The notes below the pieces were generated by a model, which saw only the letters and a program-made list of their open reading frames with translations, was not told where the DNA came from and ran no database searches. Below are positions 37,036 through 45,531 of a stretch of 64,000 nt of DNA, in pieces. The position numbers and the translations under genes were made by a program. Numbering within the stretch: position 1 is the first letter of the stretch; each line of letters opens with the position of its first letter. The stretch comes from Pseudomonadales bacterium (GTDB lineage: Bacteria > Pseudomonadota > Gammaproteobacteria > Pseudomonadales > Pseudohongiellaceae): assembly GCA_022819645.1 (NCBI GenBank), contig JAJEGU010000006.1, positions 6,620 to 70,619 on the forward strand. The letters run 5' to 3'.

Positions 37036-37945
37036 GTTCCTCGTATTCGCGCAGGTAGACCGGATTAGCCGGCGTCTTGTAGCCGAGCCGGGCATGGGGA
37101 TCCTCGCCGCAGACGACGTGGACGCTACGATTGTCCGAACCGTGCCTGCTGCCATCGGCGAGTTCCTCGTCGAGGCGCCAGTGCAACTGGCTTTGCGTGC
37201 TCATGTAGTGGTTCACGAGCGCGCGCCGATAGCGGCCGCTGGTATTCTTCCTGCTGCGATGCAGCAGGTAGCCGTTGAAGAACAATACCGATCCGGCGCG
37301 CAATTCGACGGCGATTTCGTTGTCGTCGTCGAACCCGTGGCTTTCCGGGGCGGGATCGAACTCATCGGTTTGGCTGTGCTCTCGGAACGGGTACAGCGTG
37401 CCGGCAAGATGGCTGCCGGGAATCACCCGCAGGCAGCCGTTTTCGAGAGTCGCGTCGTCGATGGCGATCCAGGCGGCGCAAAGGCTGCGGTCCCGGGTAG
37501 GAATGAAGCACTCGTCCTGGTGCCAGGCCTGGCCCGGCTTGCCGGGCGGCTTGGCGAAGAACATCGACTGCATGCACTTGACGCCGCCGTTCCAGTGGCC
37601 GGGCCGCAAGTGGGCGCCGACGATTCGTCCGAGCACCTCCGTGATGCCGGGATGGGCCGTGAAGCGCCGAACGACCGGCGAAACGAAATGGGGCATGTGA
37701 ATGCAGAGGATGCGCTCCAGGGTTTCAGTAACGCTTTCAGTAACGCTTTCGGCGTCGCCGACGCCGGCGGAAACGGGTTTGATGCCGGGTGCGTCGTACC
37801 CTCCCCGGGCAAGCTTGACGAGATCGGCTTCCAGTTCGGCAAGTTCGGCGCCGTTCAGGAGGTCCTCGACGATCAGGTAACCTTGCTCCGCATAGAAATC
37901 GGCCTGACCGGCAGGCCGGGGAAGCGCCGCGTGGTCGTCGCGCAT
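37013..37945 (-). CDS. phytanoyl-CoA dioxygenase (PhyH)-family Fe(II)/2-oxoglutarate oxygenase
   Basis: WHQDE (HxD) and LLHRS (distal His) in a PhyH-like context. It is the first gene of the minus-strand operon that continues into the ABC permeases. Confidence 0.8.
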   Translation of the reverse strand: MRDDHAALPRPAGQADFYAEQGYLIVEDLLNGAELAELEADLVKLARGGYDAPGIKPVSAGVGDAESVTESVTETLERILCIHMPHFVSPVVRRFTAHPGITEVLGRIVGAHLRPGHWNGGVKCMQSMFFAKPPGKPGQAWHQDECFIPTRDRSLCAAWIAIDDATLENGCLRVIPGSHLAGTLYPFREHSQTDEFDPAPESHGFDDDNEIAVELRAGSVLFFNGYLLHRSRKNTSGRYRRALVNHYMSTQSQLHWRLDEELADGSRHGSDNRSVHVVCGEDPHARLGYKTPANPVYLREYEEHGDAPSS

Positions 37946-38015
37946 CGTGTTGCTCTCCCGGAAAATGAAAGATTGTACATAATGTTCGTTACTTCAAAAC
38001 GAGAATTGCCGCAAT

Positions 38016-38029
38016 TGAATTCGATTGCA
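38016..38029. promoter_or_regulatory. candidate LacI-family operator (site 2)
   Basis: The reverse complement reads TGCAATCGAATTCA, which matches site 1 at 13 of 14 positions. It is embedded in an 18-nt near-palindrome, GCAATTGAATTCGATTGC. It sits in the divergent region between the two PhyH-led operons. Confidence 0.45.
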
Positions 38030-38105
38030 AAAGCCGCGGCGTTGACGAACGTCCGGGCTTCAGGTAAACGGGGAAAACCATTGGCCGATCGCGGAGACGC
38101 AAGTC

Positions 38106-38963
38106 ATGTCGAAGCTGGATGCGGGAACGGACCCGGGACTGGTTTCCGCGGCAAACCGCCGACTCTACGCCGAAGAGGGCTACATGGTTCTCGAAGGCGT
38201 CATAGCCGGCGATATGCTGCAGATGCTGCGCGAGGAATGTTCCTACTTCCTCGGCTACATGGATGCGCGCTTCGACGCCGGTCTCGTCGCGGACGGCGCG
38301 CTGTCCTTTCGCGGCAAGCGATATTTCGTCAACAACCTCTATCGCTACAGCTCACGGACGTGGCAATTCATCTTCGGCGACCTCATGGCCGAGGTCTGCC
38401 GCGCCACGCTTGGAGACGAAGCTTACCTGTTCAACGAACAGTGGGTCGTCAAGGGCAGTGAACAGGGCATGGACTTTTCCTGGCACCAGGATTCGGGTTA
38501 CGTGAAGTTCATGGATTCCGGCACCACGCACAGGCCATACGTCACGTGCTGGTGCACCCTAGACGCCGTCAACGAAGCCAACGGCACCGTGTACCTGATG
38601 CCGCATTCCCGGGGCGGAACGGCGAACAGGATCATCGATCATGACCGGGATCCGGAAACCAACGATCTCGTCGGCTACGCCGGCGACGATCCGGGTATCG
38701 CCATCGAGGCGCCCGCGGGCAGCGTGGTCGCGTTCTCGAGCTACAATCTTCACAGCAGCGGCGCCAACAGCACGGACCGCATGCGGCGCGTCTACCTGCC
38801 GCAATACGCTCCCGCCCCTGTCCGCCACTCGCAGTCGGGCGAGCGCTTCAATCTGGCCGTGCCGTTCCTCAAGGAAGGGCGCAACGTCTACGATCACGCA
38901 ACGGATACCCCGGAACGCTGGGGCGGCGCGGCGTCTCCGGGACAGGCCGCCGACTCTTCGTGA
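38106..38963 (+). CDS. phytanoyl-CoA dioxygenase (PhyH)-family Fe(II)/2-oxoglutarate oxygenase
   Basis: WHQDSGY (HxD) and YNLHSSGAN (distal His), in a PhyH-like context. Confidence 0.8.
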   Translation: MSKLDAGTDPGLVSAANRRLYAEEGYMVLEGVIAGDMLQMLREECSYFLGYMDARFDAGLVADGALSFRGKRYFVNNLYRYSSRTWQFIFGDLMAEVCRATLGDEAYLFNEQWVVKGSEQGMDFSWHQDSGYVKFMDSGTTHRPYVTCWCTLDAVNEANGTVYLMPHSRGGTANRIIDHDRDPETNDLVGYAGDDPGIAIEAPAGSVVAFSSYNLHSSGANSTDRMRRVYLPQYAPAPVRHSQSGERFNLAVPFLKEGRNVYDHATDTPERWGGAASPGQAADSS

Positions 38964-40477
38964 AAACTCCGGAGCACGCGCCAGTTCAGCAAGTCGTCAT
39001 CGCCGGAGGCGGCACGGCCGGCTGGATGGCGGCGGCGCTGCTCGCAAAGACCATGGGGCCCACGGTCCGCATCCGCCTGGTGGAATCCGAGCAGATCGGC
39101 ACGGTGGGGGTAGGCGAGGCCACGATTCCTCCCATCCGGGAATTCAATCGGGTGCTCGGCCTGGACGAAAACGATTTCCTGCGCCGAACCCAGGGCACCT
39201 TCAAGCTGGGCATTCAGTTCCGCGACTGGGGCCGCGCTGGCGATTGTTACATGCACGCTTTCGGCGAGATCGGGCGCAATCTGGGCCAGGGCAATTTTCA
39301 CCAGTATTGGCTGCGAGCCGTCCGCGAAGGCCACGCCGGCAGGTTCTGGGACTATTCGGTCAACGAGACCGCCGCCCTGGCGAATCGTTTCAGTCAGGTC
39401 GACAAGCTGCCCGGAAGTCCGCTGCAAGGCATCATCCATGCCTACCATTTCGACGCGGCGCTGTACGCGCTCTATCTCAGGGAATTCAGCGAACGACTGG
39501 GCGTGACCCGCATCGAAGGCAAGATCGCGCATGTGGAGCGGAACGCGGACAGCGGTTTCATCGAAGCGCTGGCGCTGGAAGACGGCCAGCGCGTAGCCGG
39601 CGAGTTTTTCGTCGATTGCACCGGTTTCCGCGGACTGCTGATCGGACAGGCGCTCGGCGTGGACTACGAAGACTGGTCGCACTGGCTGCCATGCGACCGG
39701 GCGGTTGCCGTGCCGAGCGAGCGGGTGGACCCTCTCGGTTCCTATACCTGTGCGACCGCCCGAGAAGCCGGCTGGCAATGGCGGATTCCCCTGCAGCATC
39801 GCATCGGCAACGGCCATGTCTATTGCAGCCGCTACATGAGCGACGACGAAGCGGTTTCCACCCTGCTCGACAATCTCGACGGCGCCGCGCTGGACGAACC
39901 CCGGCTGCTGAAATTCACCACCGGCAGGCGCAAGCAGTTCTGGAGCCGGAACTGCGTCGCCCTGGGACTGGCCGGCGGTTTCATGGAACCGCTTGAGTCG
40001 ACCAGTATCCATCTCATTCAAACCGGCGTAAGCTGGCTCATGCGGCTGTTTCCGGACCGTCGCTTCGAACAGGCGAACATCGACGAGTTCAACCGCCGCA
40101 GCCTGTGGGATTTCGACCGCATCCGCGACTTCCTGGTGCTGCATTACATATTGAACGGGAAAGACGATCTGCCCTTCTGGCGCGATTGCCGGAATTCGAC
40201 CCCGCCGGAAGGGCTCAAGCATCGGATGGAGTTGTTCGAGGCCGGCGGCGCGGTGTATCGCGAATTGGGAGAACTGTTCACGGAGTCGGCGTGGCTGCAG
40301 GTGATGCTCGGCCAGAATATGGCGCCGCGGAGTTACCATTCGATAGTGGACGGCATATCATCGCAACAGTTGCGGGATTATCTGAACAACCTGAAAACCA
40401 TTATTCAGGGCGCGGTGCGGCAATTCCCGACGCATGAGGAATTCATCAACCAGCATTGCGCCGCGCCGTCGCCCTGA
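38960..40477 (+). CDS. flavin-dependent (tryptophan-type) halogenase family protein
   Basis: VVIAGGGTAGWMAAALLAK (GxGxxG), GTFKLGIQF (conserved Lys) and GWQWRIPL (WxWxIP). Its start overlaps the previous stop. Confidence 0.85.
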   Translation: MKTPEHAPVQQVVIAGGGTAGWMAAALLAKTMGPTVRIRLVESEQIGTVGVGEATIPPIREFNRVLGLDENDFLRRTQGTFKLGIQFRDWGRAGDCYMHAFGEIGRNLGQGNFHQYWLRAVREGHAGRFWDYSVNETAALANRFSQVDKLPGSPLQGIIHAYHFDAALYALYLREFSERLGVTRIEGKIAHVERNADSGFIEALALEDGQRVAGEFFVDCTGFRGLLIGQALGVDYEDWSHWLPCDRAVAVPSERVDPLGSYTCATAREAGWQWRIPLQHRIGNGHVYCSRYMSDDEAVSTLLDNLDGAALDEPRLLKFTTGRRKQFWSRNCVALGLAGGFMEPLESTSIHLIQTGVSWLMRLFPDRRFEQANIDEFNRRSLWDFDRIRDFLVLHYILNGKDDLPFWRDCRNSTPPEGLKHRMELFEAGGAVYRELGELFTESAWLQVMLGQNMAPRSYHSIVDGISSQQLRDYLNNLKTIIQGAVRQFPTHEEFINQHCAAPSP

Positions 40478-40509
40478 TCGGGGCGGAAATCCGGAGGAGG
40501 CGAGACGAT

Positions 40510-42033
40510 ATGCGAATCAGGCAAAAGCCCGAGCTGGGTTTTTGGCAAATCTGGAACATGTGCTTTGGTTTTCTCGGCATCCAGTTCGGGTTCGCCCTGC
40601 AAAACGCGAATGCAAGCCGGATTTTCCAGACCCTGGGCGCGGACATGGAGACGCTGCCCCTGCTGTGGGTCGCGGCGCCGCTCACCGGGCTGGTGGTGCA
40701 GCCCATTGTCGGCTACCTGAGCGACCGGACCTGGAACCCGCTTGGCCGGCGCAGGCCCTATTTTCTCGTCGGCGCCGTGTTCACCACCCTGGCCCTGGTG
40801 GCCATGCCCAACTCGCCCGCACTGTGGATCGCCGCCGGCGCGCTGTGGATTCTCGATGCCTCGATCAATATCACCATGGAGCCCTTCCGGGCCTTTGTCG
40901 GCGATATGCTGCCCAAACGCCAGCGTTCCAGCGGCTATGTCATGCAGAGTTTTTTCATCGCCCTGGGCGCTGTGGTGGCCTCGGCGCTACCCTGGATGAT
41001 GAGCAACTGGCTGGGAGTCGCCAATACCGCGCCGGAAGGCGAAATTCCCGAATCGGTCCGCTATTCGTTCTACATCGGCGCCGCGGTGCTGTTCGGCGCG
41101 GTGATGTGGACCATCGCCCGCACCCGGGAGTACAGCCCCGGGGAGATGGCGAGTTTCGACGAGAATGTGGAAGAAAGCGGGAGTGGCGCGCCCGCGGATG
41201 CGCCGGTCTTTCGCCTCCGCAACGCCCTGGCGTGGCTGGCCGCGGGCGGCCTGGGCCTGGCGGTGGCACTGCTGTTCCGCGCCGAGTACAGCCTCTATCT
41301 GCTCGGCGCGGGCATCATGGTCTTCGGTTTGCTGCAATGCGCCGCCATCGCCATGCAGCACCGCAATCGAATCGACAACGCCTACTTCGACATGTGCCGC
41401 AATCTGGTGGAAATGCCGGAAACCATGAAGCGGCTCGCCTGGGTGCAGTTCTTCACCTGGTTCGCCCTGTTCGCCATGTGGATCTACACCACCCCGGCGG
41501 TGACGAGCTTTCACTACGGCGCCAGCGATACCACCTCGGCGCAATACAATGAGGGCGCCGACTGGGTTGCGGTGCTGTTCGCCGGCTACAACGTGGCCGC
41601 GGTATTCGCCGCCATGCTGATTCCCCTGCTGATTCGCCGTTTTGGCCTGTTCCGCTCGCACCAGTGCTGCCTGCTGCTCGGCGCGGCGGGTCTGGCTTCC
41701 TTCGCATTGTTGCGCGACCCGGCCTGGCTGCTCGCCTCCGAGATTGGCATCGGCTTCGCCTGGGCGTCCATCGTATCGATTCCCTACGCCATCCTCGCCA
41801 ATGCGATTCCCGCGGCGAGGATGGGAATTTTCATGGGAATCTTCAATTTCTTCATCGTCATTCCCCAGTTGCTGGCGGCTGCGGTACTCGGCATCATCAT
41901 CGAGTACCTGTTCGGCGGCGAACCGATCCACGCCCTGACCCTGGCCGCGGCGTCCATGGCGGCGGCTGCCCTGGCGGTTATCCGCGTCGAACGGCACGCA
42001 GCCGCCACGATCACCGCACCAGCGCATTCCTGA
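40510..42033 (+). CDS. MFS transporter, GPH / SLC45 sucrose-H+ symporter-like
   Basis: GYLSDRTWNPLGRRRPYFLVGA is the characteristic loop of this subfamily. The protein has 12-TM-like hydrophobicity. RBS GGAGGA lies upstream of ATG 40510. Confidence 0.8.
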   Translation: MRIRQKPELGFWQIWNMCFGFLGIQFGFALQNANASRIFQTLGADMETLPLLWVAAPLTGLVVQPIVGYLSDRTWNPLGRRRPYFLVGAVFTTLALVAMPNSPALWIAAGALWILDASINITMEPFRAFVGDMLPKRQRSSGYVMQSFFIALGAVVASALPWMMSNWLGVANTAPEGEIPESVRYSFYIGAAVLFGAVMWTIARTREYSPGEMASFDENVEESGSGAPADAPVFRLRNALAWLAAGGLGLAVALLFRAEYSLYLLGAGIMVFGLLQCAAIAMQHRNRIDNAYFDMCRNLVEMPETMKRLAWVQFFTWFALFAMWIYTTPAVTSFHYGASDTTSAQYNEGADWVAVLFAGYNVAAVFAAMLIPLLIRRFGLFRSHQCCLLLGAAGLASFALLRDPAWLLASEIGIGFAWASIVSIPYAILANAIPAARMGIFMGIFNFFIVIPQLLAAAVLGIIIEYLFGGEPIHALTLAAASMAAAALAVIRVERHAAATITAPAHS

Positions 42034-42046
42034 GTCAAACGCACAG

Positions 42047-43804
42047 GTGAGACCCATGATTCGAGATTCCCATACCGCAAGATACTTCGTGCAATGGCTG
42101 TCCTGCCTTGGCGCTGCGCGAGTACTTTCCTGCTGGAGCGCTGTCCTTTGTCTCGCGCTGTTCCTGTCCTCAGCCTTGGCGCAATCGGAAACTTTCCGCA
42201 ATCCGATCCTGCGCGGTGGCTATCCCGACCCGTCGATCACCCGGGTCGGGGACGACTACTACATCGTCAATTCCACCTTTGAGTACTTTCCCGGGCTGCC
42301 CATCCACCACAGCAGGGATCTGGTCAACTGGACCCTGGTGGGCCATGGCATCCACGACCCGGAGCTGTACCGCGACGCGGTCAATCTGGTGGACGTGCAG
42401 TCCGACGGCGGCATACACGCGCCGTCCATACGCTGGCACGACGGCCTGTTCTATATCATCACCACCAATGTCTACAACCCCGGCGGCGGTCGGCCGACGG
42501 AAATGGTCAACTTCATCGTTACCGCGGAAGACGTGGCCGGGCCGTGGTCCGAGCCCCATGTGATCGAAGGCGCCCCGGGCATCGATCCCGATATCTTCTT
42601 CGACGACGACGGGAAAGCCTGGTACGTCGGCAATCACGGCCCCGCGGATCCGGAATTTCCCGGCCAGGGCGAGATCTGGCTGCAGGAACTCGACCTCGAA
42701 AACTGGCGGCTCACCGGCGACAGGCACTTCCTCTGGCGCGGCGCCTGCGACGGCACCTGGGCGGAAGGTCCGCATATCTACAAGCGCGACGGCAGGTACT
42801 ACCTGCTCATTGCCGAAGGCGGCACGAGTTACAACCACGCGGTGATGATCGCGGTCAGCGACGAAATCACCGGCCCCTACATATCCAACGACAGGAACCC
42901 GATTCTCACCTCGCGCAATCTGTCCTACAGCAACTGGGTGCATAGTACCGGCCACGCGGACATGGTGGAACTGGCGGACGGACGCTGGTACATGGTGGCG
43001 CTCGGCAAGCGCAACGACGAACAGGGCGATTCCAATATGGGGCGCGAATCGCATCTGGTGCCGGTCGAATGGGAACGGGAGCCGTTCGAGTGGAAGGATC
43101 CCAGATACGAATGGCCTGTCGTCGCGCCGGCCACGGGGAGAGTCGAAAGATCCACGCCATTGCCTTTCGAAGACGCTCCGCAATACCGGAACGATACCTT
43201 CATCGACGATTTCGACAGCGAAAGCCTGGGTCTGCAATGGAATTTCAGGAGAGTGCCGCTGCCCGGCATCTATTCCCTGGACAGCCGGGAGGGATATCTG
43301 CGGCTTTACGCCCATGAAAACGTGATCGCCGAGCGCGGGCGCGCCGCGCTGATGGGCGTGCGGCAGCAGGAAAGCGATTTCCGGTACAGCGTCAGGATGG
43401 AGTTCGAACCGGAACAGGAAAACGTCGAGGCCGGAGTCAGCCTGTTTCAGAAAGACAATAATTTTCTGAACTTCACGGTGGCGAGAAGCGGCGGGGAAAA
43501 CCTGTTGCAACTGACGCTGGCGGAAAGAGACCGGGCGCCGGTCACGCTTGAACAACAGGCGCTCGACGATTACACCGGCGAAATCGTGCTGCGGGTCGTA
43601 TCGCGTGACCACCAGTACCGCTACGAGTATTCGCTCGACCAGGGCGACAGCTTCACCGTATTCGCCGAAACCGACGCCGCGAGGTTGTTGAGCCGCGGCT
43701 ACACCGGCGCCTACCTGGGCGTCTACAGTTCCGGCAACGGCAACGCATCGGACGAATACGCCGACTTCGATTGGGTGCGCTATGAAGGCTACGAGAGAAT
43801 CTGA
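42047..43804 (+). CDS. GH43 glycoside hydrolase (beta-xylosidase/alpha-L-arabinofuranosidase type) with a C-terminal lectin-like domain
   Basis: NPILRGGYPDPSITRVGDDYYIVNSTFEYFPGLPIHHSRDLVNW and the EGPHIYKRDGRYYL motifs are characteristic of GH43. The N-terminus is signal-like. Confidence 0.85.
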   Translation: MRPMIRDSHTARYFVQWLSCLGAARVLSCWSAVLCLALFLSSALAQSETFRNPILRGGYPDPSITRVGDDYYIVNSTFEYFPGLPIHHSRDLVNWTLVGHGIHDPELYRDAVNLVDVQSDGGIHAPSIRWHDGLFYIITTNVYNPGGGRPTEMVNFIVTAEDVAGPWSEPHVIEGAPGIDPDIFFDDDGKAWYVGNHGPADPEFPGQGEIWLQELDLENWRLTGDRHFLWRGACDGTWAEGPHIYKRDGRYYLLIAEGGTSYNHAVMIAVSDEITGPYISNDRNPILTSRNLSYSNWVHSTGHADMVELADGRWYMVALGKRNDEQGDSNMGRESHLVPVEWEREPFEWKDPRYEWPVVAPATGRVERSTPLPFEDAPQYRNDTFIDDFDSESLGLQWNFRRVPLPGIYSLDSREGYLRLYAHENVIAERGRAALMGVRQQESDFRYSVRMEFEPEQENVEAGVSLFQKDNNFLNFTVARSGGENLLQLTLAERDRAPVTLEQQALDDYTGEIVLRVVSRDHQYRYEYSLDQGDSFTVFAETDAARLLSRGYTGAYLGVYSSGNGNASDEYADFDWVRYEGYERI

Positions 43805-45416
43805 TCCATGCTTGCGTAAATCGGCGCTGCTGCTGGCGCTGTACGCGCTCTTGTCCGGCGGATGTTCGCCGGTGCCGCAGGAACCGGCCACAAACACGAC
43901 AGCACCGCCGAACATCGTGTTCATCATCGCCGATGACCTGAGTTGGGCGCACCTGGGCGCCTATGGTAGTGACGAGGTGCGCACGCCCAATCTCGACCGG
44001 CTGGCGCGTGAAGGCGTCGTGTTTGAAAACGCTTTTGTCAGCACGCCGTCCTGCACGCCTTCCAGGGCGTCCATTCTCACAGGCAGGAACGGTTTTGAAC
44101 TGGAAGAGGGCGCAACGCTCTGGGGTTATCTGCCGGCCCGGTTCGCGACCTGGACCGAATCGCTGGCACAAAACGGCTACCGGGTCGGCGCTACGGGAAA
44201 GGGCTGGGCGCCCGGATTCCTGATCGACAGGGACGTCAATCCGGCGGGCCAGCCCTGGAACGGAATTCGAAACCGGCCTTACGGGGACCGGTTCGAAGAA
44301 TTGCAGATGTCGGACATCGACTACGCGGCGAATTTCGAGGCATTCCTGGACGCCGCCGATGAGACCCGGCTGTTTTCGTTCTGGATGGGAACTTTCGAGC
44401 CGCATCGCGGCTATACCGAGGGCGTGGCGGCTGCGCTCGGCATAGATTCCGCCGCCGTAACGGTGCCGCCGTTCATGCCCGACGCCGGCGAAGTACGCGA
44501 CGACATCGCGGAATATTACGCCGAAATCGAATACATCGACGCCCAGGTGGGCCGGATAATGGAAGCGCTGGACCGGCGCGGGCTGCAGGACGATACCATC
44601 GTCGTATTCACCTCGGACAACGGCATGCCCTTCCCGCGGGCCAAGGCGACTCTCTACGACTACGGCACGAGAATGCCGTTGCTGTTCTGGTGGGGCGACA
44701 ACTTCGCCGGCGGCCGCAGGATCGAAAACCTGGTCAGTCTGACGGACATCGCGCCTACTTTCCTGGAGTTCGCCGGCGTGGAAGCGCAAGCGGAAATGAG
44801 CGGACAGAGCCTGGCGCCCCTGCTGATCCCCGGCACGCCCGGCCAGGCGGCGCGGGAAGCGGTTTACATGTACCGCGAGCGGCACGGGTTCTATCCGGAT
44901 TCGGGCGGAATGTCCTTTCCGTCGCGGGCAATCAGGACGCACGATCATCTGTTGATCTGGAACGCGAGGCCGGACGCGATTCCGCTCGACGTGGACGGTG
45001 GCCCGGCGAAATCGTTCATGGAAGAAAACGCCGGGGAATACCCTGCCTTGCATGCGCTGAGTTTCGGGCCGAGAAGCGAGTTCGAACTGTACGACGTTCG
45101 CGCCGACGCCTGGCAGATGCGCAATCTCGCCGCGGACGGAAGCCACGCGGAATTGCTGGACCGTCTTGGCGAACGGTTGTTCTCCTATCTCGAATCGCGG
45201 CAGGATCCGCGCATGCTCGGCAGAGCGGAAGAATTTCGCTATGCGCCCTATTTCGGCGTGGTTTTCGGGGACGGACTGCTGCGATGGACGCCGGAACAGC
45301 AAGGCCAGGAAATGAGCTTCGACGAGCGGCGCGAGCTATTGCGCCGGGCGTACGAGACGATCGGCGAAGAGGCGTTTTTTCGCCGCATGATTTCTGAGCA
45401 GGACGGAGGGCTTTGA
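43782..45416 (+). CDS. formylglycine-type sulfatase (lipoprotein)
   Basis: Lipobox LLSGGC, PNIVFIIADDLSW and the canonical signature CTPSRASILTGR. Confidence 0.85.
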   Translation: MKATRESDPCLRKSALLLALYALLSGGCSPVPQEPATNTTAPPNIVFIIADDLSWAHLGAYGSDEVRTPNLDRLAREGVVFENAFVSTPSCTPSRASILTGRNGFELEEGATLWGYLPARFATWTESLAQNGYRVGATGKGWAPGFLIDRDVNPAGQPWNGIRNRPYGDRFEELQMSDIDYAANFEAFLDAADETRLFSFWMGTFEPHRGYTEGVAAALGIDSAAVTVPPFMPDAGEVRDDIAEYYAEIEYIDAQVGRIMEALDRRGLQDDTIVVFTSDNGMPFPRAKATLYDYGTRMPLLFWWGDNFAGGRRIENLVSLTDIAPTFLEFAGVEAQAEMSGQSLAPLLIPGTPGQAAREAVYMYRERHGFYPDSGGMSFPSRAIRTHDHLLIWNARPDAIPLDVDGGPAKSFMEENAGEYPALHALSFGPRSEFELYDVRADAWQMRNLAADGSHAELLDRLGERLFSYLESRQDPRMLGRAEEFRYAPYFGVVFGDGLLRWTPEQQGQEMSFDERRELLRRAYETIGEEAFFRRMISEQDGGL

Positions 45417-45428
45417 GCCGCTCCGATA

Positions 45429-45442
45429 TGAATACGTATGCA
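45429..45442. promoter_or_regulatory. candidate LacI-family operator (site 3)
   Basis: TGAATACGTATGCA matches the reverse complement of site 1 (TGAATACGATTGCA) at 12 of 14 positions. It is itself a near-palindrome and lies about 90 nt upstream of the TonB-dependent receptor start. Confidence 0.4.
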
Positions 45443-45531
45443 TTTTATTGCTAAACCGGGCGCATAAGCCTATAAGTTCAGGATAGCTGAATTCCAGACA
45501 TCGCCGGATCGGTGAAACTGAGAGGAATACC

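Noticed and set aside
42170-45302. Long antisense ORFs opposite GH43 and the sulfatase (42170..43927 at 585 aa, 43653..45302 at 549 aa). Similar ones lie opposite other genes (24370..26226, 46708..48237, 19396..20472, 7327..8676).
   Set aside because: They mirror strongly supported sense genes and have Arg/Gly/Pro/His-biased composition with no recognisable motifs. These are shadow ORFs, expected in GC-rich DNA.
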